Part shown: piece by piece, positions 1-12,952 of the stretch
Layout of the letters: every line of letters starts with the position of its first letter
How positions within the stretch are numbered: position 1 is the first letter of the stretch
Assembly (NCBI RefSeq): GCF_009914755.1
Contig: NC_060946.1
Origin: the human T2T-CHM13v2.0 reference genome, Homo sapiens
Length of the DNA: 64,000 nucleotides
Direction: 5' to 3' (one strand)
The notes under the pieces: model-generated
What the model saw: only the letters and a program-made list of their open reading frames with translations
Databases searched by the model: none
Told to the model about the DNA's origin: nothing
Translations under genes and position numbers: made by a program

Positions 1-118
1 TACTACAGAAAGAGTGTTTCAAAACTGCTGTACGAAAGGGAATGTTCAACTCTGTGACTTGAATGCACACATCACAAAGAAGTTTCTGAGGATGCTGCTG
101 TCTACTTTTTATACGTAA

Positions 119-135
119 TCCCGTTTCCAACGAAA
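119..135 (-). promoter_or_regulatory. CENP-B box (1st of 4 per 8-mer; repeated through the array)
   Basis: tcccgtttccaacgaaa is the reverse complement of TTTCGTTGGAAACGGGA, a match to YTTCGTTGGAARCGGGA. About 188 copies are expected in the window (43x4 + 5x3 + 1). Confidence 0.98.
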
Positions 136-460
136 TCCTCCAAGCTATCCAAATATCCACTTGCAGATTCCACAGAAAGACTGTTTCAAAACTGCTCTGT
201 CAATAGAAAGGTTCAACTCTGTTAGCTGCGTGCATATATCCCAAAGAAGATTCTGAGATTGCTTCTGTCTAGTTTTTATGGGAAGATATTTCCCTTTTCA
301 CCGTAGGCATCAAGGCGCTCCAAATGTCCACTTCCAGATACTACAAAAAGAGTGTTTCAAACCTACTCTGTGAAAGGGAATATTCAACTCTGTGACTTGA
401 ATGCACATATCACAAAGAAGTTTCTGAGAATGCTTCTGTCGAGATTTTATATGAAGATAT

Positions 461-477
461 TCCCGTTTCCAACGAAA
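461..477 (-). promoter_or_regulatory. CENP-B box (2nd per 8-mer)
   Basis: tcccgtttccaacgaaa, 342 bp after the first box. Confidence 0.98.
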
Positions 478-802
478 TCCTGAAATCTATCCAAATATCC
501 CCTCGCAGATTCTACAAAAAGAGTGTTTCAAAACTGTTCTGTAAAAAGAAAGGTTCAACTCTGTTAGTTGAGTACACACATCACAAACAAGTATCACAGA
601 ATGCTTCTTTCTAGCTTGTAGGGGAAGATATTCCCTTTATCACCATGGGCCTCAAACCGTCCGAAACGTCCACTTCCATATACTTCAAAAAGAGCGTTTC
701 AAACCTGCTCTATGAAAGGCAATGTTCAACTCTGTGACTTGAATGCAGACATCACAGAGCTGTTTATGAGAATGCTTCTGTCTAGATTTTATAGGATGAT
801 AT

Positions 803-819
803 TCCCGTTTCCAACGAAA
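803..819 (-). promoter_or_regulatory. CENP-B box (3rd per 8-mer)
   Basis: tcccgtttccaacgaaa, 342 bp after the second box. Confidence 0.98.
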
Positions 820-1144
820 TCTTCACAGCTATCCAAATATCCACTTGCAGATTCTACAAAAAGAGTGTATCCAAACTGCTCTGGCAAAAGGAAGGTTCTT
901 CTCTGTTAGGTGAGTGCATACGTCATAAAGGAGTTTCTGAGAATGTTTCTGTCTAGTGGTTATGGGAAGATATTTGCTTTTTCACCATAGGCCTCAGAGC
1001 GCTCCAAATATCCACTTGCACATACTACAAAAAGAGTGCCTCAAAGCTGCTCTCTGAAATGGAATGTTCAACTCTATGAGTTGAATGCAAACATCACAAA
1101 GACGTTTCTGAGAATGCTTCTGTCTAGATTTGATATGAAGATAT

Positions 1145-1161
1145 TCCCGTTTCCAACGAAA
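1145..1161 (-). promoter_or_regulatory. CENP-B box (4th per 8-mer)
   Basis: tcccgtttccaacgaaa, 342 bp after the third box; the next box follows at +337/338. Confidence 0.98.
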
Positions 1162-3699
1162 TCTTCAAATCTATCCAAATGTCCACTTGCAGATTCAACA
1201 AAAAGTGTTTTTCAGAACTGCTCTATCAAAAGAAAGATCCACCTCTGTTAGCTGAGTTCACACATCCAAACAAGTTTATGAGAATGCTTCTGTCTAGTTT
1301 TTATTTGAAGATATTTCCTTTCTCACCATAGACCTGAAAGCTGTCCTAATGTTCACTTCCAGATACTACAGAAAGAGTGTTTCAAAACTGCTGTACGAAA
1401 GGGAATGTTCAACTCTGTGACTTGAATGCACACATCACAAAGAAGTTTCTGAGGATGCTGCTGTCTACTTTTTATACGTAATCCCGTTTCCAACGAAATC
1501 CTCCAAGCTATCCAAATATCCACTTGCAGATTCCACAGAAAGACTGTTTCAAAACTGCTCTGTCAATAGAAAGGTTCAACTCTGTTAGCTGCGTGCATAT
1601 ATCCCAAAGAAGATTCTGAGATTGCTTCTGTCTAGTTTTTATGGGAAGATATTTCCCTTTTCACCGTAGGTGTCAAGGCGCTCCAAATGTCCACTTCCAG
1701 ATACTACAAAAAGAGTGTTTCAAACCTACTCTGTGAAAAGGAATATTCAACTCTGTGACTTGAATGCACATATCACAAAGAAGTTTCTGAGAATGCTTCT
1801 GTCGAGATTTTATATGAAGATATTCCCGTTTCCAACGAAATCCTGAAATCTATCCAAATATCCCCTCGCAGATTCTACAAAAAGAGTGTTTCAAAACTGC
1901 TCTGTAAAAAGAAAGGTTCAACTCTGTTAGTTGAGTACACACATCACAAACAAGTTTCACAGAATGCTTCTTTCTAGCTTGTAGGGGAAGATATTCCCTT
2001 TATCACCATGGGCCTCCAACCGTCCGAAACGTCCACTTCCATATACTACCAAAAGAGCGTTTCAAACCTGCTCTAGGAAAGGCAATGTTCAACTCTGTGA
2101 CTTGAATGCAGACATCACAGAGCAGTTTCTGAGAATGCTTCTGTCTAGATTTTATAGGAAGATATTCCCGTTTCCAACGAAATCTTCACAGCTATCCAAA
2201 TATCCACTTGCAGATTCTACAAAAAGAGTGTATCAAAACTGCTCTCTCAAAAGGAAGGTTCTTCTCTGTTAGGTGAGTGCATACGTCATAAAGGAGTTTC
2301 TGAGAATGTTTCTGTCTAGTGGTTATGGGAAGATATTTGCTTTTTCACCGTAGGCCTCAGAGCGCTCCAAATATCCACTTGCACATACTACAAAAAGAGT
2401 GCCTCAAAGCTGCTCTCTGAAATGGAATGTTCAACTCTATGAGTTGAATGCAAACATCACAAAGACGTTTCTGAGAATGCTTCTGTCTAGATTTGATATG
2501 AAGATATTCCCGTTTCCAACGAAATCTTCAAATCTATCCAAATGTCCACTTGCAGATTCAACAAAAAGTGTTTTTCAGAACTGCTCTATCAAAAGAAAGA
2601 TCCACCTCTGTTAGCTGAGTTCACACATCCAAACAAGTTTATGAGAATGCTTCTGTCTAGTTTTTATTTGAAGATATTTCCTTTCTCACCATAGACCTGA
2701 AAGCTGTCCTAATGTTCACTTCCAGATACTACAGAAAGAGTGTTTCAAAACTGCTGTACGAAAGGGAATGTTCAACTCTGTGACTTGAATGCACACATCA
2801 CAAAGAAGTTTCTGAGGATGCTGCTGTCTACTTTTTATACGTAATCCCGTTTCCAACGAAATCCTCCAAGCTATCCAAATATCCACTTGCAGATTCCACA
2901 GAAAGACTGTTTCAAAACTGCTCTGTCAATAGAAAGGTTCAACTCTGTTAGCTGCGTGCATATATCCCAAAGAAGATTCTGAGATTGCTTCTGTCTAGTT
3001 TTTATGGGAAGATATTTCCCTTTTCACCGTAGGTGTCAAGGCGCTCCAAATGTCCACTTCCAGATACTACAAAAAGAGTGTTTCAAACCTACTCTGTGAA
3101 AAGGAATATTCAACTCTGTGACTTGAATGCAGATATCACAAAGAAGTTTCTGAGAATGCTTCTGTCGAGATTTTATATGAAGATATTCCCGTTTCCAACG
3201 AAATCCTGAAATCTATCCAAATATCCCCTCGCAGATTCTACAAAAAGAGTGTTTCAAAACTGCTCTGTAAAAAGAAAGGTTCAACTCTGTTAGTTGAGTA
3301 CACACATCACAAACAAGTTTCACAGAATGCTTCTTTCTAGCTTGTAGGGGAAGATATTCCCTTTATCACCATGGGCCTCCAACCGTCCGAAACGTCCACT
3401 TCCATATACTACAAAAAGAGCGTTTCAAACCTGCTCTAGGAAAGGCAATGTTCAACTCTGTGACTTGAATGCAGACATCACAGAGCAGTTTCTGAGAATG
3501 CTTCTGTCTAGATTTTATAGGAAGATATTCCCGTTTCCAACGAAATCTTCACAGCTATCCAAATATCCACTTGCAGATTCTACAAAAAGAGTGTATCAAA
3601 ACTGCTCTGTCAAAAGGAAGGTTCTTCTCTGTTAGGTGAGTGCATACGTCATAAAGGAGTTTCTGAGAATGTTTCTGTCTAGTGGTTATGGGAAGATAT

Positions 3700-3716
3700 T
3701 TCCTTTTTCACCGTAG
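3700..3716 (+). promoter_or_regulatory. pJalpha (A-box) motif, exact consensus match in C-type HOR copies
   Basis: ttcctttttcaccgtag matches TTCCTTTTYCACCRTAG (consensus from recall). The other non-CENP-B monomers carry degenerate versions at the homologous position (e.g. ttcccttttcaccgtag 290-306, ttcctttctcaccatag 1315-1331). Protein binding cannot be shown from sequence. Confidence 0.7.
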
Positions 3717-6700
3717 GCCTCAGAGCGCTCCAAATATCCACTTGCACATACTACAAAAAGAGTGCCTCAAAGCTGCTCTTTGAAACGGAATGTTCAACTC
3801 TATGAGTTGAATGCAAACATCACAAAGACGTTTCTGAGAATGCTTCTGTCTAGATTTGATATGAAGATATTCCCGTTTCCAACGAAATCTTCAAATCTAT
3901 CCAAATGTCCACTTGCAGATTCAACAAAAAGTGTTTTTCAGAACTGCTCTATCAAAAGAAAGATCCACATCTGTTAGCTGAGTTCACACATCACAAACAA
4001 GTTTATGAGAATGCTTCTGTCTAGTTTTTATTTGAAGATATTTCCTTTCTCACCATAGACCTGAAAGCTGTCCTAATGTTCACTTCCAGATACTACAGAA
4101 AGAGTGTTTCAAAACTGCTGTATGAAAGGGAATGTTGAACTCTGTGACTTGAATGCACACATCACAAAGAAGTTTCTGAGGATGCTGCTGTCTACTTTTT
4201 ATATGTAATCCCGTTTCCAACGAAATCCTCCAAGCTATCCAAATATCCACTTGCAGATTCCACAGAAAGACTTTTTCAAAACTGCTCTGTCAATAGAAAG
4301 GTTCAACTCTGTTAGCTGCGTGCATATATCCCAAAGAAGATTCTGAGATTGCTTCTGTCTAGTTTTTATGGGAAGATATTTCCCTTTTCACCGTAGGCGT
4401 CAAGGCGCTCCAAATGTCCACTTCCAGATACTACAAAAAGAGTGTTTCAAACCTACTCTGTGAAAGGGAATATTCAACTCTGTGACTTGAATGCACATAT
4501 CACAAAGAAGTTTCTGATAATGCTTCTGTCGAGATTTTATATGAAGATATTCCCGTTTCCAACGAAATCCTGAAATCTATCCAAATATCCCCTCGCAGAT
4601 TCTACAAAAAGAGTGTTTCAAAACTGTTCTGTAAAAAGAAAGGTTCAACTCTGTTAGTTGAGTACACACATCACAAACAAGTATCACAGAATGCTTCTTT
4701 CTAGCTTGTAGGGGAAGATATTCCCTTTATCACCATGGGCCTCAAACCGTCCGAAACGTCCACTTCCATATACTTCAAAAAGAGCGTTTCAAACCTGCTC
4801 TATGAAAGGCAATGTTCAACTCTGTGACTTGAATGCAGACATCACAGAGCTGTTTATGAGAATGCTTCTGTCTAGATTTTATAGGATGATATTCCCGTTT
4901 CCAACGAAATCTTCACAGCTATCCAAATATCCACTTGCAGATTCTACAAAAAGAGTGTATCCAAACTGCTCTGGCAAAAGGAAGGTTCTTCTCTGTTAGG
5001 TGAGTGCATACGTCATAAAGGAGTTTCTGAGAATGTTTCTGTCTAGTGGTTATGGGAAGATATTTGCTTTTTCACCGTAGGCCTCAGAGCGCTCCAAATA
5101 TCCACTTGCACATACTACAAAAAGAGTGCCTCAAAGCTGCTCTCTGAAATGGAATGTTCAACTCTATGAGTTGAATGCAAACATCACAAAGACGTTTCTG
5201 AGAATGCTTCTGTCTAGATTTGATATGAAGATATTCCCGTTTCCAACGAAATCTTCAAATCTATCCAAATGTCCACTTGCAGATTCAACAAAAAGTGTTT
5301 TTCAGAACTGCTCTATCAAAAGAAAGATCCACCTCTGTTAGCTGAGTTCACACATCCAAACAAGTTTATGAGAATGCTTCTGTCTAGTTTTTATTTGAAG
5401 ATATTTCCTTTCTCACCATAGACCTGAAAGCTGTCCTAATGTTCACTTCCAGATACTACAGAAAGAGTGTTTCAAAACTGCTGTACGAAAGGGAATGTTC
5501 AACTCTGTGACTTGAATGCACACATCACAAAGAAGTTTCTGAGGATGCTGCTGTCTACTTTTTATACGTAATCCCGTTTCCAACGAAATCCTCCAAGCTA
5601 TCCAAATATCCACTTGCAGATTCCACAGAAAGACTGTTTCAAAACTGCTCTGTCAATAGAAAGGTTCAACTCTGTTAGCTGCGTGCATATATCCCAAAGA
5701 AGATTCTGAGATTGCTTCTGTCTAGTTTTTATGGGAAGATATTTCCCTTTTCACCGTAGGCGTCAAGGCGCTCCAAATGTCCACTTCCAGATACTACAAA
5801 AAGAGTGTTTCAAACCTACTCTGTGAAAGGGAATATTCAACTCTGTGACTTGAATGCACATATCACAAAGAAGTTTCTGATAATGCTTCTGTCGAGATTT
5901 TATATGAAGATATTCCCGTTTCCAACGAAATCCTGAAATCTATCCAAATATCCCCTCGCAGATTCTACAAAAAGAGTGTTTCAAAACTGCTCTGTAAAAA
6001 GAAAGGTTCAACTCTGTTAGTTGAGTACACACATCACAAACAAGTTTCACAGAATGCTTCTTTCTAGCTTGTAGGGGAAGATATTCCCTTTATCACCATG
6101 GGCCTCCAACCGTCCGAAACATCCACTTCCATATACTACAAAAAGAGCGTTTCAAACCTGCTCTATGAAAGGCAATGTTCAACTCTGTGACTTGAATGCA
6201 GACATCACAGAGCAGTTTCTGAGAATGCTTCTGTCTAGATTTTATAGGAAGATATTCCCGTTTCCAACGAAATCTTCACAGCTATCCAAATATCCACTTG
6301 CAGATTCTACAAAAGGAGTGTATCAAAACTGCTCTGTCAAAAGGAAGGTTCTTCTCTGTTAGGTGAGTGCATACGTCATAAAGGAGTTTCTGAGAATGTT
6401 TCTGTCTAGTGGTTATGGGAAGATATTTGCTTTTTCACCGTAGGCCTCAGAGCGCTCCAAATATCCACTTGCACATACTACAAAAAGAGTGCCTCAAAGC
6501 TGCTCTCTGAAACGGAATGTTCAACTCTATGAGTTGAATGCAAACATCACAAAGACGTTTCTGAGAATGCTTCTGTCTAGATTTGATATGAAGATATTCC
6601 CGTTTCCAACGAAATCTTCAAATCTATCCAAATGTCCACTTGCAGATTCAACAAAAAGTGTTTTTCAGAACTGCTCTATCAAAAGAAAGATCCACCTCTG

Positions 6701-9544
6701 TTAGCTGAGTTCACACATCACAAACAAGTTTATGAGAATGCTTCTGTCTAGTTTTTATTTGAAGATATTTCCTTTCTCACCATAGACCTGAAAGCTGTCC
6801 TAATGTTCACTTCCAGATACTACAGAAAGAGTGTTTCAAAACTGCTGTACGAAAGGGAATGTTCAACTCTGTGACTTGAATGCACACATCACAAAGAAGT
6901 TTCTGAGGATGCTGCTGTCTACTTTTTATACGTAATCCCGTTTCCAACGAAATCCTCCAAGCTATCCAAATATCCACTTGCAGATTCCACAGAAAGACTG
7001 TTTCAAAACTGCTCTGTCAATAGAAAGGTTCAACTCTGTTAGCTGCGTGCATATATCCCAAAGAAGATTCTGAGATTGCTTCTGTCTAGTTTTTATGGGA
7101 AGATATTTCCCTTTTCACCGTAGGTGTCAAGGCGCTCCAAATGTCCACTTCCAGATACTACAAAAAGAGTGTTTCAAACCTACTCTGTGAAAAGGAATAT
7201 TCAACTCTGTGACTTGAATGCACATATCACAAAGAAGTTTCTGAGAATGCTTCTGTCGAGATTTTATATGAAGATATTCCCGTTTCCAACGAAATCCTGA
7301 AATCTATCCAAATATCCCCTCGCAGATTCTACAAAAAGAGTGTTTCAAAACTGCTCTGTAAAAAGAAAGGTTCAACTCTGTTAGTTGAGTACACACATCA
7401 CAAACAAGTTTCACAGAATGCTTCTTTCTAGCTTGTAGGGGAAGATATTCCCTTTATCACCATGGGCCTCCAACCGTCCGAAACGTCCACTTCCATATAC
7501 TACCAAAAGAGCGTTTCAAACCTGCTCTAGGAAAGGCAATGTTCAACTCTGTGACTTGAATGCAGACATCACAGAGCAGTTTCTGAGAATGCTTCTGTCT
7601 AGATTTTATAGGAAGATATTCCCGTTTCCAACGAAATCTTCACAGCTATCCAAATATCCACTTGCAGATTCTACAAAAAGAGTGTATCAAAACTGCTCTC
7701 TCAAAAGGAAGGTTCTTCTCTGTTAGGTGAGTGCATACGTCATAAAGGAGTTTCTGAGAATGTTTCTGTCTAGTGGTTATGGGAAGATATTTGCTTTTTC
7801 ACCGTAGGCCTCAGAGCGCTCCAAATATCCACTTGCACATACTACAAAAAGAGTGCCTCAAAGCTGCTCTCTGAAATGGAATGTTCAACTCTATGAGTTG
7901 AATGCAAACATCACAAAGACGTTTCTGAGAATGCTTCTGTCTAGATTTGATATGAAGATATTCCCGTTTCCAACGAAATCTTCAAATCTATCCAAATGTC
8001 CACTTGCAGATTCAACAAAAAGTGTTTTTCAGAACTGCTCTATCAAAAGAAAGATCCACCTCTGTTAGCTGAGTTCACACATCCAAACAAGTTTATGAGA
8101 ATGCTTCTGTCTAGTTTTTATTTGAAGATATTTCCTTTCTCACCATAGACCTGAAAGCTGTCCTAATGTTCACTTCCAGATACTACAGAAAGAGTGTTTC
8201 AAAACTGCTGTACGAAAGGGAATGTTCAACTCTGTGACTTGAATGCACACATCACAAAGAAGTTTCTGAGGATGCTGCTGTCTACTTTTTATACGTAATC
8301 CCGTTTCCAACGAAATCCTCCAAGCTATCCAAATATCCACTTGCAGATTCCACAGAAAGACTGTTTCAAAACTGCTCTGTCAATAGAAAGGTTCAACTCT
8401 GTTAGCTGCGTGCATATATCCCAAAGAAGATTCTGAGATTGCTTCTGTCTAGTTTTTATGGGAAGATATTTCCCTTTTCACCGTAGGTGTCAAGGCGCTC
8501 CAAATGTCCACTTCCAGATACTACAAAAAGAGTGTTTCAAACCTACTCTGTGAAAAGGAATATTCAACTCTGTGACTTGAATGCAGATATCACAAAGAAG
8601 TTTCTGAGAATGCTTCTGTCGAGATTTTATATGAAGATATTCCCGTTTCCAACGAAATCCTGAAATCTATCCAAATATCCCCTCGCAGATTCTACAAAAA
8701 GAGTGTTTCAAAACTGCTCTGTAAAAAGAAAGGTTCAACTCTGTTAGTTGAGTACACACATCACAAACAAGTTTCACAGAATGCTTCTTTCTAGCTTGTA
8801 GGGGAAGATATTCCCTTTATCACCATGGGCCTCCAACCGTCCGAAACGTCCACTTCCATATACTACAAAAAGAGCGTTTCAAACCTGCTCTAGGAAAGGC
8901 AATGTTCAACTCTGTGACTTGAATGCAGACATCACAGAGCAGTTTCTGAGAATGCTTCTGTCTAGATTTTATAGGAAGATATTCCCGTTTCCAACGAAAT
9001 CTTCACAGCTATCCAAATATCCACTTGCAGATTCTACAAAAAGAGTGTATCAAAACTGCTCTGTCAAAAGGAAGGTTCTTCTCTGTTAGGTGAGTGCATA
9101 CGTCATAAAGGAGTTTCTGAGAATGTTTCTGTCTAGTGGTTATGGGAAGATATTTCCTTTTTCACCGTAGGCCTCAGAGCGCTCCAAATATCCACTTGCA
9201 CATACTACAAAAAGAGTGCCTCAAAGCTGCTCTTTGAAACGGAATGTTCAACTCTATGAGTTGAATGCAAACATCACAAAGACGTTTCTGAGAATGCTTC
9301 TGTCTAGATTTGATATGAAGATATTCCCGTTTCCAACGAAATCTTCAAATCTATCCAAATGTCCACTTGCAGATTCAACAAAAAGTGTTTTTCAGAACTG
9401 CTGTATCAAAAGAAAGATCCACGTCTGTTAGCTGAGTTCACACATCACAAACAAGTTTATGAGAATGCTTCTGTCTAGTTTTTATTTGAAGATATTTCCT
9501 TTCTCACCATAGACCTGAAAGCTGTCCTAATGTTCACTTCCAGA

Positions 9545-10566
9545 TACTACAGAAAGAGTGTTTCAAAACTGCTGTACGAAAGGGAATGTTCAACTCTGTG
9601 ACTTGAATGCACACATCACAAAGAAGTTTCTGAGGATGCTGCTGTCTACTTTTTATACGTAATCCCGTTTCCAACGAAATCCTCCAAGCTATCCAAATAT
9701 CCACTTGCAGATTCCACAGAAAGACTGTTTCAAAACTGCTCTGTCAATAGAAAGGTTCAACTCTGTTAGCTGCGTGCATATATCCCAAAGAAGATTCTGA
9801 GATTGCTTCTGTCTAGTTTTTATGGGAAGATATTTCCCTTTTCACCGTAGGCGTCAAGGCGCTCCAAATGTCCACTTCCAGATACTACAAAAAGAGTGTT
9901 TCAAACCTACTCTGTGAAAGGGAATATTCAACTCTGTGACTTGAATGCACATATCACAAAGAAGTTTCTGAGAATGCTTCTGTCGAGATTTTATATGAAG
10001 ATATTCCCGTTTCCAACGAAATCCTGAAATCTATCCAAATATCCCCTCGCAGATTCTACAAAAAGAGTGTTTCAAAACTGCTCTGTAAAAAGAAAGGTTC
10101 AACTCTGTTAGTTGAGTACACACATCACAAACAAGTTTCACAGAATGCTTCTTTCTAGCTTGTAGGGGAAGATATTCCCTTTATCACCATGGTCCTCAAA
10201 CCGTCCGAAACGTCCACTTCCATATACTACAAAAAGAGCGTTTCAAACCTGCTCTAGGAAAGGCAATGTTCAACTCTGTGACTTGAATGCAGACATCACA
10301 GAACAGTTTCTGAGAATGCTTCTGTCTAGATTTTATAGGAAGATATTCCCGTTTCCAACGAAATCTTCAAATCTATCCAAATGTCCACTTGCAGATTCAT
10401 CAAAAAGTGTTTTTCAGAACTGCTCTATCAAAAGAAAGATCCACCTCTGTTAGCTGAGTTCACACATCACAAACAAGTTTATGAGAATGCTTCTGTCTAG
10501 TTTTTATTTGAAGATATTTCCTTTCTCACCATAGACCTGAAAGCTGTCCTAATGTTCACTTCCAGA
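9545..10566 (-). repeat. 6-mer HOR structural variant (1022 bp; 342-bp dimer deleted), copy 1
   Basis: Marker spacing 9216->11602 = 2386 = 1364+1022. Hybrid monomer ttttataggaagatattcccgtttccaacgaaatcttca|aatctatcc with the junction within 10339-10369. Confidence 0.96.
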
Positions 10567-11930
10567 TACTACAGAAAGAGTGTTTCAAAACTGCTGTACG
10601 AAAGGGAATGTTCAACTCTGTGACTTGAATGCACACATCACAAAGAAGTTTCTGAGGATGCTGCTGTCTACTTTTTATACGTAATCCCGTTTCCAACGAA
10701 ATCCTCCAAGCTATCCAAATATCCACTTGCAGATTCCACAGAAAGACTGTTTCAAAACTGCTCTGTCAATAGAAAGGTTCAACTCTGTTAGCTGCGTGCA
10801 TATATCCCAAAGAAGATTCTGAGATTGCTTCTGTCTAGTTTTTATGGGAAGATATTTCCCTTTTCACCGTAGGCGTCAAGGCGCTCCAAATGTCCACTTC
10901 CAGATACTACAAAAAGAGTGTTTCAAACCTACTCTGTGAAAGCGAATATTCAACTCTGTGACTTGAATGCACATATCACAAAGAAGTTTCTGAGAATGCT
11001 TCTGTCGAGATTTTATATGAAGATATTCCCGTTTCCAACGAAATCCTGAAATCTATCCAAATATCCCCTCGCAGATTCTACAAAAAGAGTGTTTCAAAAC
11101 TGCTCTGTAAAAAGAAAGGTTCAACTCTGTTAGTTGAGTACACACATCACAAACAAGTTTCACAGAATGCTTCTTTCTAGCTTGTAGGGGAAGATATTCC
11201 CTTTATCACCATGGGCCTCCAACCGTCCGAAACGACCACTTCCATATACTACCAAAAGAGCGTTTCAAACCTGCTCTAGGAAAGGCAATGTTCAACTCTG
11301 TGACTTGAATGCAGACATCACAGAGCAGTTTCTGAGAATGCTTCTGTCTAGATTTTATAGGAAGATATTCCCGTTTCCAACGAAATCTTCACAGCTATCC
11401 AAATATCCACTTGCAGATTCTACAAAAAGAGTGTATCAAAACTGCTCTGTCAAAAGGAAGGTTCTTCTCTGTTAGGTGAGTGCATACGTCATAAAGGAGT
11501 TTCTGAGAATGTTTCTGTCTAGTGGTTATGGGAAGATATTTGCTTTTTCACCGTAGGCCTCAGAGCGCTCCAAATATCCACTTGCACATACTACAAAAAG
11601 AGTGCCTCAAAGCTGCTCTCTGAAACGGAATGTTCAACTCTATGAGTTGAATGCAAACATCACAAAGACGTTTCTGAGAATGCTTCTGTCTAGATTTGAT
11701 ATGAAGATATTCCCGTTTCCAACGAAATCTTCAAATCTATCCAAATGTCCACTTGCAGATTCAACAAAAAGTGTTTTTCAGAACTGCTCTATCAAAAGAA
11801 AGATCCACCTCTGTTAGCTGAGTTCACACATCACAAACAAGTTTATGAGAATGCTTCTGTCTAGTTTTTATTTGAAGATATTTCCTTTCTCACCATAGAC
11901 CTGAAAGCTGTCCTAATGTTCACTTCCAGA

Positions 11931-12952
11931 TACTACAGAAAGAGTGTTTAAAAACTGCTGTACGAAAGGGAATGTTCAACTCTGTGACTTGAATGCACAC
12001 ATCACAAAGAAGTTTCTGAGGATGCTGCTGTCTACTTTTTATACGTAATCCCGTTTCCAACGAAATCCTCCAAGCTATCCAAATATCCACTTGCAGATTC
12101 CACAGAAAGACTGTTTCAAAACTGCTCTGTCAATAGAAAGGTTCAACTCTGTTAGCTGCGTGCATATATCCCAAAGAAGATTCTGAGATTGCTTCTGTCT
12201 AGTTTTTATGGGAAGATATTTCCCTTTTCACCGTAGGCGTCAAGGCGCTCCAAATGTCCACTTCCAGATACTACAAAAAGAGTGTTTCAAACCTACTCTG
12301 TGAAAGCGAATATTCAACTCTGTGACTTGAATGCACATATCACAAAGAAGTTTCTGAGAATGCTTCTGTCGAGATTTTATATGAAGATATTCCCGTTTCC
12401 AACGAAATCCTGAAATCTATCCAAATATCCCCTCGCAGATTCTACAAAAAGAGTGTTTCAAAACTGCTCTGTAAAAAGAAAGGTTCAACTCTGTTAGTTG
12501 AGTACACACATCACAAACAAGTTTCACAGAATGCTTCTTTCTAGCTTGTAGGGGAAGATATTCCCTTTATCACCATGGTCCTCAAACCGTCCGAAACGTC
12601 CACTTCCATATACTACAAAAAGAGCGTTTCAAACCTGCTCTAGGAAAGGCAATGTTCAACTCTGTGACTTGAATGCAGACATCACAGAACAGTTTCTGAG
12701 AATGCTTCTGTCTAGATTTTATAGGAAGATATTCCCGTTTCCAACGAAATCTTCAAATCTATCCAAATGTCCACTTGCAGATTCATCAAAAAGTGTTTTT
12801 CAGAACTGCTCTATCAAAAGAAAGATCCACCTCTGTTAGCTGAGTTCACACATCACAAACAAGTTTATGAGAATGCTTCTGTCTAGTTTTTATTTGAAGA
12901 TATTTCCTTTCTCACCATAGACCTGAAAGCTGTCCTAATGTTCACTTCCAGA
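11931..12952 (-). repeat. 6-mer HOR structural variant, copy 2
   Basis: Spacing 11602->13988 = 2386; same hybrid junction at 12725-12755. Confidence 0.96.

Larger units (their letters stand above)
1..1363 (-). repeat. Representative 8-mer HOR unit; probably D14Z9/D22Z1 (S2C14/22H1L) family of human chr14/chr22
   Basis: Seen: the unit restarts at 1364 (tactacagaaagagtg) and has four dimers, with box spacing 342+342+342+337/338; one TaqI site (439-442) and two XbaI sites (781, 1123) per unit. Inference: SF2-style box context plus an 8-mer period fits D14Z9/D22Z1 from recall. SF2 8-mer variants of chr18/chr20 are not formally excluded, and chr14 cannot be told from chr22 here. Confidence refers to the family assignment. 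Confidence 0.75.

Noticed and set aside
620-636. Short dyad-like elements (e.g. ggggaagatattccc; tatacgta, ccatgg, agcgct palindromes) as terminators or cruciforms
   Set aside because: Stems are only 3-5 bp and are ordinary features of alphoid monomers. Nothing beyond chance can be supported without folding calculations.
905-916. ag|gtgagt perfect splice-donor-like motif once per 8-mer, just after the 65-aa ORF stop
   Set aside because: A short match is expected by chance in a 1.4-kb unit and is repeated only by the HOR. No exon structure or transcript evidence is available.
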